Shown piece after piece: positions 10,329-19,385 of a stretch of DNA of 64,000 bases; positions within the stretch are counted from its first letter, which is position 1; every line of letters begins with the position of its first letter. Under the pieces are notes generated by a model, which saw only the letters and a program-made list of their open reading frames with translations, did no database searches and was not told the origin of the DNA. Source of the DNA: an uncultured Bacteroidales bacterium (GTDB lineage Bacteria > Bacteroidota > Bacteroidia > Bacteroidales > CAYRRV01); NCBI GenBank assembly GCA_964426725.1, contig CAYRRV010000001.1, positions 9,190-73,189 on the forward strand. The letters are read 5' to 3'. Position numbers and translations under genes: made by a program.

Positions 10329-10877
10329 ATGAATCAGGGAAAAATAGCGGTAAGATACAATAAGGCACTTTTCGAACTGGCTGCTGAAAAAGATATCCTC
10401 GATGAAGTATACAAGAATATTCTAATTCTTCAATCTATTCTTGAAATGAACGAGGTAAAACAATTGCTGACAAATCCTGTTGTAAAACCCGGGAAGAAAT
10501 GTGAAATCATATTAGGGTTACTTACCGCGATGGATATTCACCCTGTTGTTGTATCAACGGTCAATATCATGATTCAAAATAAGAGAGAGTTATTTCTGGA
10601 ATCAATGATTCGCCTCTTTATAATGGAATACAAGCTTAGTAAAAACATTCACACTGCAAATCTTATTACTGCTAAAACCATGGATTCGCATTTGCATGAT
10701 AGAATAAAGGAATTATTACAAAAGAAATTTTCAACAGAAATTGAGCTAAAGGAAATAGTGAATGAAAAACTGATAGGAGGCTTCATTCTTCAGATCGACG
10801 GTATGCAACTGGATGCCAGCGTGGCTGCCAGTTTAAATAAAATAAAAAAGAAATTGTTAAATACTCCTTTAAACTAG
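10329..10877 (+). CDS. atpH: F0F1 ATP synthase subunit delta
   Basis: It lies between atpF and atpA and is 182 aa. It has an OSCP-like sequence ending LIGGFILQIDGMQLDASV. Confidence 0.85.
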   Translation: MNQGKIAVRYNKALFELAAEKDILDEVYKNILILQSILEMNEVKQLLTNPVVKPGKKCEIILGLLTAMDIHPVVVSTVNIMIQNKRELFLESMIRLFIMEYKLSKNIHTANLITAKTMDSHLHDRIKELLQKKFSTEIELKEIVNEKLIGGFILQIDGMQLDASVAASLNKIKKKLLNTPLN

Positions 10878-10883
10878 AGATTT

Positions 10884-12458
10884 ATGGCTGAATTGAAACC
10901 TGCTGAAGTATCAAGAATATTAAAACAGCAGATCGAAGGAATTAAAACAGGTATTGAATTTGAAGAAGTTGGTACAGTATTACAGGTAGGAGATGGAATT
11001 GCCAGGATTTACGGGCTTACCAACGTGCAGGCAAATGAATTGATTGAATTTGAAAACGGGATGCAGGGCATTATTTTGAACCTCGAGCAAGATAATGTTG
11101 GTGCCGTGCTGCTTGGATCATCAGAGACAATCAGGGAAGGAGATACCGTGAAAAGAACCCGCAGGATTGCTTCTATTCACGTTGGCGAGGGCATGCTGGG
11201 AAGAATTATCAATACCCTTGGAGAACCCCTCGATGGTAAAGGTCCAATCACCGGGAAAACTTACGAGATGCCCCTTGAAAGAAAGGCGCCGGGTGTTATT
11301 TACCGTCAACCCGTCAAAGAACCCTTGCAAACAGGAATTAAGGCCATAGACTCTATGATCCCTATTGGGAGAGGTCAAAGAGAATTAATTATTGGTGACA
11401 GGCAAACAGGGAAAACTGCCATTGCCATAGATACTATCCTGAACCAAAGAGAATTTTACCTTAAGGGACAACCCGTTTATTGTATATATGTTGCTGTTGG
11501 GCAGAAAGGTTCAACGGTTGCCAACATTGCCACAACCCTGGAAAAACATGGCGCCATGGATTACACGGTAATTGTCACTGCCACTGCTTCCGATCCCGCG
11601 GCCATGCAATTTTACGCGCCTTTCGCCGGATGCTCTATCGGAGAGTTTTTCAGGGATACTGGTCGTCCTGCCCTGATTATCTACGACGATTTAAGTAAAC
11701 AGGCCGTTTCATACCGTGAAGTTTCATTGCTGTTGCGCCGTCCTCCCGGGAGAGAAGCATACCCGGGTGATGTATTTTACCTGCATTCAAGATTGCTTGA
11801 AAGAGCTGCCAAGGTGATTGAATCAGATCAGATTGCACGTACAATGAATGATCTTCCTGAAAGTATAAAACCCATCGTGAAGGGAGGTGGCTCATTAACG
11901 GCTCTTCCCATCATTGAAACCCAGGCTGGTGACGTTTCCGCTTATATCCCCACGAACGTGATTTCCATTACCGATGGTCAGATTTTCCTGGAAACAAACC
12001 TCTTTAATTCAGGGGTTCGACCCGCGATTAACGTGGGTATTTCCGTGTCAAGGGTAGGGGGTAGCGCGCAAATAAAATCCATGAAAAAAGTGGCAGGTAG
12101 TCTTAAACTGGATCAAGCACAATACCGTGATCTTGAAGCTTTCGCGAAATTCGGTTCTGATCTCGATCCGGCTACACTCGCCGTGTTGAACAAGGGTGCT
12201 AAAAATGTCGAGCTTCTGAAACAAGGACAGTATTCTCCTGTTCCCGTTGAACAGCAGGTTGCTATTATATATTGCGGGACAAAAGGGTTACTTAGAGATG
12301 TGCCGGTAGAAAAAGTAAAAGAATTCGAGGAAGATTATCTTCAGCTATTAAGTGTTAAACACAAAGGATTGCTTGCAAAAATTAAAGAAGGATTTTTTGA
12401 TGAGGAAACTGAAGACGTGCTTCAAAAAGTTGCCGCTGAAGTGGCATCAAAATATTAA
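10884..12458 (+). CDS. atpA: F0F1 ATP synthase subunit alpha
   Basis: It carries the Walker A motif GDRQTGKT and the alpha-subunit sequence [44 protein letters not shown]. Confidence 0.97.
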   Translation: MAELKPAEVSRILKQQIEGIKTGIEFEEVGTVLQVGDGIARIYGLTNVQANELIEFENGMQGIILNLEQDNVGAVLLGSSETIREGDTVKRTRRIASIHVGEGMLGRIINTLGEPLDGKGPITGKTYEMPLERKAPGVIYRQPVKEPLQTGIKAIDSMIPIGRGQRELIIGDRQTGKTAIAIDTILNQREFYLKGQPVYCIYVAVGQKGSTVANIATTLEKHGAMDYTVIVTATASDPAAMQFYAPFAGCSIGEFFRDTGRPALIIYDDLSKQAVSYREVSLLLRRPPGREAYPGDVFYLHSRLLERAAKVIESDQIARTMNDLPESIKPIVKGGGSLTALPIIETQAGDVSAYIPTNVISITDGQIFLETNLFNSGVRPAINVGISVSRVGGSAQIKSMKKVAGSLKLDQAQYRDLEAFAKFGSDLDPATLAVLNKGAKNVELLKQGQYSPVPVEQQVAIIYCGTKGLLRDVPVEKVKEFEEDYLQLLSVKHKGLLAKIKEGFFDEETEDVLQKVAAEVASKY

Positions 12459-12487
12459 GGATAACCTCTAAACAGTTAACCGATAGA

Positions 12488-13381
12488 ATGGCAAATCTAA
12501 AGGAAATTCGGAACCGTATTGCCTCAGTTACATCAACAAGGCAAATAACAAGCGCCATGAAGATGGTTTCCGCGGCAAAGCTGAGAAGGGCACAGGATGC
12601 CATTTCACGGCAACGTCCTTATACTGACAAGTTAAAGAATATCCTGTCCGGTTTAACAAGTACCCTGCAGGTTAACGATGAAAATATCTATGTCAGGGAA
12701 AGACCCCTGGAAAGAGTTCTACTGGTCGTTGCCACATCCAATAAAGGATTATGCGGTGCTTTTAACATGAATGTGATCAAGCATACGTTAAAGTTGATCC
12801 ACGAGGAATACCCGGAACTATATGAAGAAAACCGTTTGAATATGATAATTATCGGAAAAAAAGCAAACGAGTTCTTCCGTTCAAGAAAATACAGGATTCT
12901 CTCCTCTTACGACGAGTTATATGATAACCTCACTTTCGATAATGTTGTTCCCGTGATTGAAAATATCATGGGAAGTTATGTTAAAGGTGAATATGACCGG
13001 GTAGAGATCATATATAATCAATTTAAGAATGCTGCCGTGCAGATTGTTATGCGGGAACAATTTTTGCCCTTGAAACTTGAGCATGAGGAAGATGAAGACG
13101 CAGAAAGACAAGAATTACCTTACGATTATATTTTTGAACCATCAAAGGATGACCTGCTAAGCGATCTGATTCCCCGCTCACTGAAAATGCAGTTTTACAA
13201 AACCCTTCTTGATTCCCATGCATCTGAACATGGAGCCAGGATGACTGCCATGCACAAGGCAAGTGATAATGCAACAGAATTACTGAAAGAACTCCGCCTT
13301 TCTTATAATAAGGCCCGTCAGGCTTCAATTACCAATGAAATACTTGAAATCGTGGGTGGAGCTGAAGCCCTCAAAGGTTAA
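12488..13381 (+). CDS. atpG: F0F1 ATP synthase subunit gamma
   Basis: It begins MANLKEIRNRIASVTSTRQITSAMKMVSAAKLRRAQ and ends ARQASITNEILEIVGGAEAL. Confidence 0.95.
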   Translation: MANLKEIRNRIASVTSTRQITSAMKMVSAAKLRRAQDAISRQRPYTDKLKNILSGLTSTLQVNDENIYVRERPLERVLLVVATSNKGLCGAFNMNVIKHTLKLIHEEYPELYEENRLNMIIIGKKANEFFRSRKYRILSSYDELYDNLTFDNVVPVIENIMGSYVKGEYDRVEIIYNQFKNAAVQIVMREQFLPLKLEHEEDEDAERQELPYDYIFEPSKDDLLSDLIPRSLKMQFYKTLLDSHASEHGARMTAMHKASDNATELLKELRLSYNKARQASITNEILEIVGGAEALKG

Positions 13382-14040
13382 CCTATTATATTTAGCAGGA
13401 TAAAAAATAAAAGCTGAATCACGAAAAATGCCCGGAAAACGGGTATTTTTATTACCGTTTCCCGGTTGGCCAGCAGTGATGAGAATATAAAACTCACGAT
13501 AAACCAGGCCAGGTAATTTTGTAAAGGGACCTCCTGGTTAATCCAGTTCCAGTAGCCCAGCTTCATGGCTACTGGTTCAATAAAATAATCGAGAATAACA
13601 ATAAATACCGAAGAAATTACAGGCAAAAATACTCTCTTTTTAACCAGGAATTGTGCTAAAGAGTAAGAAGACAGTATAAGTAAAACCCAGTTTAATGCTA
13701 TAATAAGTGGTACCTGCAGCATCTTTACTCGCATCACTTCTCCATAAACGTACTCACCGAATATTAATCCTGTTTTTACACCCAATACCTCGGTGATGTA
13801 AGTGAATACAAAAGTAAGGACAACCCAAGCCAGCATGAATGGTGAATAATATACATGAAATAGCCTGATCAACATCCACGTGTTCACTACTAAAAGGAAT
13901 ATTTCTGTAAAGCCAATCGCGAATGACCGGAGATGAGTCACGTGCAATATTATACCAATGGTAAATAGTAAGGCAACAGCACCAACCTCGATTTTATAGA
14001 GATTTCCTGTTGAAAAAAAAATCCCGGACGTCTTGTTCAT
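13378..14040 (-). CDS. Carotenoid biosynthesis membrane protein, DUF422/CruF-like (putative carotenoid 1,2-hydratase family)
   Basis: It is polytopic and carries TGLIFGEYVYG...VPLIIALNWV and DYFIEPVAMKLGYWNW...VPLQNYLAWF, which resemble the PF04240 motifs. It is divergent from crtI. I chose the ATG at 14040 over the TTG at 14064. Confidence 0.6.
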   Translation of the reverse strand: MNKTSGIFFSTGNLYKIEVGAVALLFTIGIILHVTHLRSFAIGFTEIFLLVVNTWMLIRLFHVYYSPFMLAWVVLTFVFTYITEVLGVKTGLIFGEYVYGEVMRVKMLQVPLIIALNWVLLILSSYSLAQFLVKKRVFLPVISSVFIVILDYFIEPVAMKLGYWNWINQEVPLQNYLAWFIVSFIFSSLLANRETVIKIPVFRAFFVIQLLFFILLNIIG

Positions 14041-14183
14041 CAAAATTATAAAATAATTAAACAAAATTACTGAACAATCGGAAAAACAGAATTGTTTATC
14101 AAAATACAGATTATTTTCTTTAAATTTAAATAGTATTTGTTAAAAGAATATCATGCTTGGTTCATGAAATTACCGGGGAAGGA

Positions 14184-15677
14184 ATGAAAAAAATAAGTAT
14201 TATAGGTGGAGGGTTTGCCGGTTTGTCTGCCGCATCCTTGTTAGCCCGCGATGGCTTCAGGGTTGATGTTTACGAGAAAAACAACATGCCTGGTGGACGG
14301 GCAAGAAAACTTGAAGCCATGGGTTTTACGTTTGACATGGGACCTACCTGGTACTGGATGCCTGATGTTTTTGAACGATATTTTGGATTATTCGGGAAAA
14401 ATGTATCTGAATACTATCAATTGAAGAGAATCAGTCCTTCATACCGGGTATATTTTGGGAAAAATGAGTTTATTGATGTCCCTTCCGAATTAGATCGGTT
14501 ATATGACCTTTTTGAAAAGTACGAACCGGGAAGCAGTAAAAAACTGGCCCGGTTTTTAAAAGATGCTGCTTTTAAATATGATATTGGAATAAACAGGCTG
14601 GTTCATAAACCTTCATTATCTGTTCTCGAGTTTATCGAACCCTGGTTAGTTCGGGGAATTACTCATTTCGATTTTTTTCGTTCGCTTAGCACTTATGTCA
14701 ATAAACTCTTCAGGCATCCTTATTTAAGACAAATACTCGAGTTCCCTGTTATTTTCCTGGGATCGGTACCGGGAAGAATTCCGGCTTTCTATAACCTGAT
14801 GAATTATGCAGATTTGGTTTTAGGTACCTGGTATCCCCACGGGGGAATGTTCAGGGTAGTTGAAGCAATGGTTAAGCTGGCAGAAGAAAACGGGGCTAAA
14901 ATTCATCTCAATTCCCCGGTAACGGGTATTTCTATTAAAGATGGTATCGCGACAGGAATAAGATTGAACGGGACAGTCGTTGATGCTGATATGGTTTTAG
15001 GTGCTGCCGATTATCATTTTATCGAAACAAAGTTATTGGAAACTCCCTATCAATCTTATAGCGAGAAATACTGGTCCAATCGTGAAATGGCTCCCTCTGC
15101 TTTACTCTTTTACCTCGGTATCAACAAGAAGCTTAAAGGGTTATTGCACCATAACCTTTTTTTTGACACGGATTTTAACCAACATGCATCTGATATTTAT
15201 GAAAAGCCTCGCTGGCCGGAAGATCCTGCATTATATGTATCCTGCAGTACCAAAACAGATGAAACTTCTGCTCCCCCGGGGCATGAGAATCTTATTGTTT
15301 TAATCCCGGTAGCTACTGATATGCCGGATTCAACTACATTACAGGAACATTATTATGATCTTGTAATAAGCAGGTTAGAAAAAATTACCGGACAGAATAT
15401 AAAAGATCATGTGGTGTTTAAGAAAATATACGGCCATAATGCATTTATCAGCGACTATAATTCTTTTCGCGGGAACGCGTACGGTTTGGCAAATACGTTA
15501 AAACAGACTGCACTTTTTAAACCCCGGATGAAAAGCAGGAAGGTAAAAAATCTTTATTATGCCGGGCAGCTTACTGTTCCCGGCCCGGGTGTGCCCCCCG
15601 TGATTATTTCCGGGGAAGTAGCTGCCAAACAGGTTATTAACAATTTCAGGAGGGCGCATCATGAAAAAACTGTTTGA
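14184..15677 (+). CDS. crtI: Phytoene desaturase
   Basis: It starts with the FAD fold MKKISIIGGGFAGLSAA and has the C-terminal YYAGQLTVPGPGVPPVIISG. I chose the ATG at 14184. Confidence 0.9.
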   Translation: MKKISIIGGGFAGLSAASLLARDGFRVDVYEKNNMPGGRARKLEAMGFTFDMGPTWYWMPDVFERYFGLFGKNVSEYYQLKRISPSYRVYFGKNEFIDVPSELDRLYDLFEKYEPGSSKKLARFLKDAAFKYDIGINRLVHKPSLSVLEFIEPWLVRGITHFDFFRSLSTYVNKLFRHPYLRQILEFPVIFLGSVPGRIPAFYNLMNYADLVLGTWYPHGGMFRVVEAMVKLAEENGAKIHLNSPVTGISIKDGIATGIRLNGTVVDADMVLGAADYHFIETKLLETPYQSYSEKYWSNREMAPSALLFYLGINKKLKGLLHHNLFFDTDFNQHASDIYEKPRWPEDPALYVSCSTKTDETSAPPGHENLIVLIPVATDMPDSTTLQEHYYDLVISRLEKITGQNIKDHVVFKKIYGHNAFISDYNSFRGNAYGLANTLKQTALFKPRMKSRKVKNLYYAGQLTVPGPGVPPVIISGEVAAKQVINNFRRAHHEKTV

Positions 15678-16497
15678 TGAAGTTGCCTTCAAAACAAGCA
15701 AAATTACTACCAGGGAATACAGCACATCTTTTTCCCTCGGGATAAGACTTTTTAAACCGAAGTTCAGGCAACCTATTTACAACATATATGGCTTTGTTCG
15801 CTTCGCGGATGAAATAGTAGATACTTTTCATGATTATGATAAATCTTCATTATTTCATCGTTTCAGGGAAGATACATGGATGGCTATCACGGATGGTATT
15901 TCTATGAACCCGATTTTACATAGCTTCCAGGAAACAGCGAGAAAGTATAGTATAGGGAATGAACTGATAGAAGCTTTTTTGGATAGCATGGAGATGGATT
16001 TGCAAAATTTTTCCCACTCTAGAGAATCCTTTAACAAATACGTGCTGGGATCAGCTGAAGTAGTTGGCTTAATGTGCCTGCATGTTTTTTGCGAGGGAAA
16101 CATGGCATTACACGAGCAGTTAAAGCCCTATGCCATGCGCCTGGGAGCTGCTTACCAGAAAATAAATTTTCTCAGGGACATGCAGGCTGATTACCTGGAG
16201 ATGGGCAGGAAATATTTTCCCGGGTTGAGAATCGAAAATTTTAACGATGGTCAGAAAGAAATAATAGAGAAAGAAATTGAAGAAGATTTTCGATTAGGGT
16301 ACCAGGGTATTAAAATGTTACCTGCCGGCGCTAAATTTGGCGTTTATATATCTTATATTTATTATTATTCTCTTTTTAAAAAGATAAGAAAGACAAGACC
16401 CGAGCAGGTGTTAACTTCCCGAATCAGAATTTCAAATTTTACCAAGTATTTATTGCTCATGAGATCATGGTTTGTTTATAAATTAAACTTGTTGTAG
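15661..16497 (+). CDS. crtB: Phytoene synthase
   Basis: It contains STSFSLGIRLF, YGFVRFADEIVD and YQKINFLRDMQAD, the squalene/phytoene synthase motifs. It overlaps the crtI stop by 17 nt. Confidence 0.9.
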   Translation: MKKLFDEVAFKTSKITTREYSTSFSLGIRLFKPKFRQPIYNIYGFVRFADEIVDTFHDYDKSSLFHRFREDTWMAITDGISMNPILHSFQETARKYSIGNELIEAFLDSMEMDLQNFSHSRESFNKYVLGSAEVVGLMCLHVFCEGNMALHEQLKPYAMRLGAAYQKINFLRDMQADYLEMGRKYFPGLRIENFNDGQKEIIEKEIEEDFRLGYQGIKMLPAGAKFGVYISYIYYYSLFKKIRKTRPEQVLTSRIRISNFTKYLLLMRSWFVYKLNLL

Positions 16498-16498
16498 C

Positions 16499-16975
16499 AT
16501 GAATTGGTATTGGATAGCGCTTTTAATATTTGTTACATTTATTTTCATGGATTTTGTCGCGTGGTTTACCCATAAATACGTGATGCATGGGTTTTTATGG
16601 ATCCTTCACAAGGATCATCATACAAGGGAAAATAAAATTTTTGAATGGAATGATTTATTCGCTCTTATGTTTGCCATTCCCGCTGTTATTTTGATGATAA
16701 CCGGATCAATAAGCGGTATTGATATCAAGTTTTATATTGGTGCCGGGATCGCTCTTTACGGGTTGGCCTATTTCATTTTTCATGATTTGATCATTCATCA
16801 GCGTATTCGGTTCTTCAGGAACGCTAATAATTTTTACCTGCGATCCATCATCAGTGCCCATGAAAATCATCACAGGGGAAGAAAAAATTATGGATTTCTA
16901 ATTTTTTTCCAGTGGAAATATTTTAATCCTGAAAATCATAAGGCCTTTTATTCCCGTAAATACGCGAATCATTAA
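16499..16975 (+). CDS. crtZ: Beta-carotene 3-hydroxylase
   Basis: It has four His boxes (HKYVMH, HKDHH, HDLIIH, HENHH) in a 158-aa membrane protein. It starts 1 nt after the crtB stop. Confidence 0.85.
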   Translation: MNWYWIALLIFVTFIFMDFVAWFTHKYVMHGFLWILHKDHHTRENKIFEWNDLFALMFAIPAVILMITGSISGIDIKFYIGAGIALYGLAYFIFHDLIIHQRIRFFRNANNFYLRSIISAHENHHRGRKNYGFLIFFQWKYFNPENHKAFYSRKYANH

Positions 16976-16983
16976 CTTGGATC

Positions 16984-17667
16984 ATGAGTACTTACCTTTG
17001 GATAAACATTGGGGCAATAATTGTTCCCCTGATTTTTAGCTTTGATAAAAAAGTCGCGTTTTACAGTCGCTGGAAATATTTTTTACCGGCCATGCTCTCT
17101 GTTGCCTTCATTTTCGTGATTTGGGACATTTATTTCACCAGAATCGGCATATGGGGTTTCAACCCGCTTCATTTATCTGGCATTAAAATTGTCAATCTTC
17201 CAATTGAAGAAGTGCTTTTTTTCATAGCTATTCCCTATGCATCTGTTTTTACTTATGATGTGCTTAACGCCTACATAAAAATAGATTTGATCGGGAAAAA
17301 GTCTAATTTTATTTCGGCATTCTTGGCTTTTTTTCTGCTGATCACTGGGATTATCTTTCACGAGAATACCTATACATCCGTTTCATTTATCACCACGGGA
17401 GCACTAATCCTTCTTCTCCAGTTCCTGTTACGGTTTCGTTGTATGGGACGGTTCTACCTTACTTACGTTATTGTTCTTTTTCCCTTTTTAGTAGTCAACG
17501 GTTTGTTAACCGGTTCCTGGATTCAGCAGGAAGTAGTGTGGTATAATAATCAGGAAAACCTGGGAATCAGGTTATTCACGATACCTGTTGAGGATTTTGT
17601 TTACGGGATGGAATTGATTCTCCTGAACGTGTTTATTTACGAGAAGTTAAAACCTGCCTCAGGTTGA
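16984..17667 (+). CDS. Lycopene cyclase domain protein (fused CrtYc/CrtYd type)
   Basis: It is a 227-aa polytopic protein with the duplicated PIEE/PVED motifs (LPIEEVLFF and IPVEDFVYG) characteristic of heterodimeric-type cyclases. Confidence 0.75.
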   Translation: MSTYLWINIGAIIVPLIFSFDKKVAFYSRWKYFLPAMLSVAFIFVIWDIYFTRIGIWGFNPLHLSGIKIVNLPIEEVLFFIAIPYASVFTYDVLNAYIKIDLIGKKSNFISAFLAFFLLITGIIFHENTYTSVSFITTGALILLLQFLLRFRCMGRFYLTYVIVLFPFLVVNGLLTGSWIQQEVVWYNNQENLGIRLFTIPVEDFVYGMELILLNVFIYEKLKPASG

Positions 17668-17809
17668 GTTTTGTTAAAGGGATTTCTATTTTCATACTTA
17701 AAAGTAACCTATTCATCAAAAAAGTATTCTTTTTGAAATGGTGAATTGGTATGAATGAATATTCTGATTATATTTAAAGTCCTAATACCAAAACACTAAT
17801 AATAATTAA

Positions 17810-18547
17810 ATGATAATTGAGCCTGAGAATGTATTAACTATTCCTGATATTGATCCCATTTGTCAGTTAAATAGTAATGAACATTATAATACACCACTTT
17901 TTTTGCTGGGTAACCAGTTCTTTTATGTTCAGAATTATCCTGATAAATCGATATGTTTTGTCCACCCTAATGTACGGCAGGTTTTAGAATATAGTGAAGA
18001 AATATTTAATACTGAACTAATTTCTGATATAATTCATCCAGAAGATAAAGAACCTGTAAACAATGTAATGCATAAGATTGAGCATTGGGTAGACAGGGAA
18101 AATATTGCGCCTATGACATTCACGGTGGCCATGCATTTTCGAGTTAAAAAAAATAGTGGGAAATACACGGGGATCCTGTGTCAGTCTTCCGTTTACTCAA
18201 ACGATCGCCGAAAAAAACATTTAACTTTAATCCATTTTTGCTCTGAAATCTCGACATCTCTCACAACAGGCCATGTTAGTGTTTCATGCATGGGGAATCA
18301 TGCCTCTTTGATTGAAAAGGAACTAAAAAAATCTTGTAGAAATGATGAAAACAAAGTCTTAAGCGAACGTGAAAAAGAAATTGTTAAGTATCTCATACAA
18401 GGCATGAGCAGCCAGGAAATATCTCATGTATTGTGTATCAGTAAGAACACTGTTGACACCCATAGAAGAAACATGTTGAAAAAACTAAAAATGAAAAACA
18501 CTTGTTCCCTGATTGGTTATTTCTGGGATAATCATTTTGTTACATAA
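17810..18547 (+). CDS. PAS-like sensor domain plus LuxR-type HTH transcriptional regulator
   Basis: The C-terminus, LSEREKEIVKYLIQGMSSQEISHVLCISKNTVDTHRRNMLKKL, is a LuxR/GerE HTH. The N-terminal half has PAS-like features (IIHPEDKE, FRVKKNSGKY). Confidence 0.8.
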   Translation: MIIEPENVLTIPDIDPICQLNSNEHYNTPLFLLGNQFFYVQNYPDKSICFVHPNVRQVLEYSEEIFNTELISDIIHPEDKEPVNNVMHKIEHWVDRENIAPMTFTVAMHFRVKKNSGKYTGILCQSSVYSNDRRKKHLTLIHFCSEISTSLTTGHVSVSCMGNHASLIEKELKKSCRNDENKVLSEREKEIVKYLIQGMSSQEISHVLCISKNTVDTHRRNMLKKLKMKNTCSLIGYFWDNHFVT

Positions 18548-18560
18548 GGTACAAATGTAA

Positions 18561-18580
18561 AATACTCATTTATGAGTATT
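18561..18580. promoter_or_regulatory. 9-2-9 perfect inverted repeat AATACTCAT-TT-ATGAGTATT. It is a candidate operator, or alternatively a weak terminator.
   Basis: The repeat was read directly from the sequence. It lies 14 nt after the LuxR-type gene stop and 157 nt upstream of the outer-membrane protein ATG. No T-tract follows it. Confidence 0.35.
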
Positions 18581-18737
18581 GCAGGATTCATTTATCCCAT
18601 CTATTTTTAACTTTCCAAAAATTATTACTATTTTATGATTATGCATTTTTTTGGTTGGTCTGATGTTCTATTGGAAGCTACGATCAGGAGGTAAAATATT
18701 AAACAAGAAATATCTACAAACTAAATTTTTTAATTTT

Positions 18738-19352
18738 ATGAAGAAAAATTATTTTCTCTTTATTGTCTTGTTTTTGCTGGCAATACCGTTTTCCTCATTC
18801 GGGCAGGGAGGTAGTGGTATCGCGGTAGAATACACGGCAAGTCCGTTTGGTTCTTCCTCGTTTTTAACACCGGGAAATATACGGGCCAAGTTTTTGGCTG
18901 GTAACCTGGGTTTTCGCCTGGGATTAAATACCACGGTATCGAACAATGAACCGGAACCCACTACCATTACGCATGTTGGATTTTTTGATCTTCGGCCCGG
19001 TGCAGAATTTCACACTACTATTGGAGGAAAAGCCTCTCCATACGCTGGTGCTGAATTGATAATCATGAATCGTTCCAGTAACCTGAATTCAACATCTCAA
19101 CTCGGTATAGCCAATGCAACCAATGAATTTGGCGCAAATCAGGCCTATTTTGGTTTTGGTGGTGCACTCTTTGCCGGAATAGATTACTACATCGGCGAAA
19201 AATTCTATTTTGGTTTCGAGGTGGGCCTTGACTTGGTTAACCTGACCTACAAGGATGTTACCATGGCCGATGAAATAATAATCGAGTCCACGAAAGATTT
19301 CTCGATGAATACTAATTTCGCCAATACTCTAAAATTAGGACTCAATTTCTAA
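18738..19352 (+). CDS. Small outer-membrane beta-barrel protein (OmpA_membrane/OmpW-like porin fold)
   Basis: It has the signal peptide MKKNYFLFIVLFLLAIPFSSFGQ, alternating Gly/aromatic beta-strands and a C-terminal ...LKLGLNF (terminal Phe). I chose the ATG at 18738. Confidence 0.7.
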   Translation: MKKNYFLFIVLFLLAIPFSSFGQGGSGIAVEYTASPFGSSSFLTPGNIRAKFLAGNLGFRLGLNTTVSNNEPEPTTITHVGFFDLRPGAEFHTTIGGKASPYAGAELIIMNRSSNLNSTSQLGIANATNEFGANQAYFGFGGALFAGIDYYIGEKFYFGFEVGLDLVNLTYKDVTMADEIIIESTKDFSMNTNFANTLKLGLNF

Positions 19353-19385
19353 AAGTTAAATATCTTGAATTTAAAATATTTCAAT

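Noticed and set aside
14073-14096. A 6-bp inverted repeat (AACAAT-12 nt-ATTGTT) lies in the divergent spacer between crtI and the DUF422-like gene. I considered it as a possible operator.
   Set aside because: Six AT-rich bases per arm are expected by chance in an AT-rich spacer of about 140 nt.
17810-18547. I considered whether the PAS-LuxR protein is a LOV-HTH (EL222-like) light sensor controlling the adjacent carotenoid genes.
   Set aside because: The PAS-like region has no GxNCRFLQ flavin-cysteine motif, and the gene is downstream of the crt operon rather than upstream or divergent from it.
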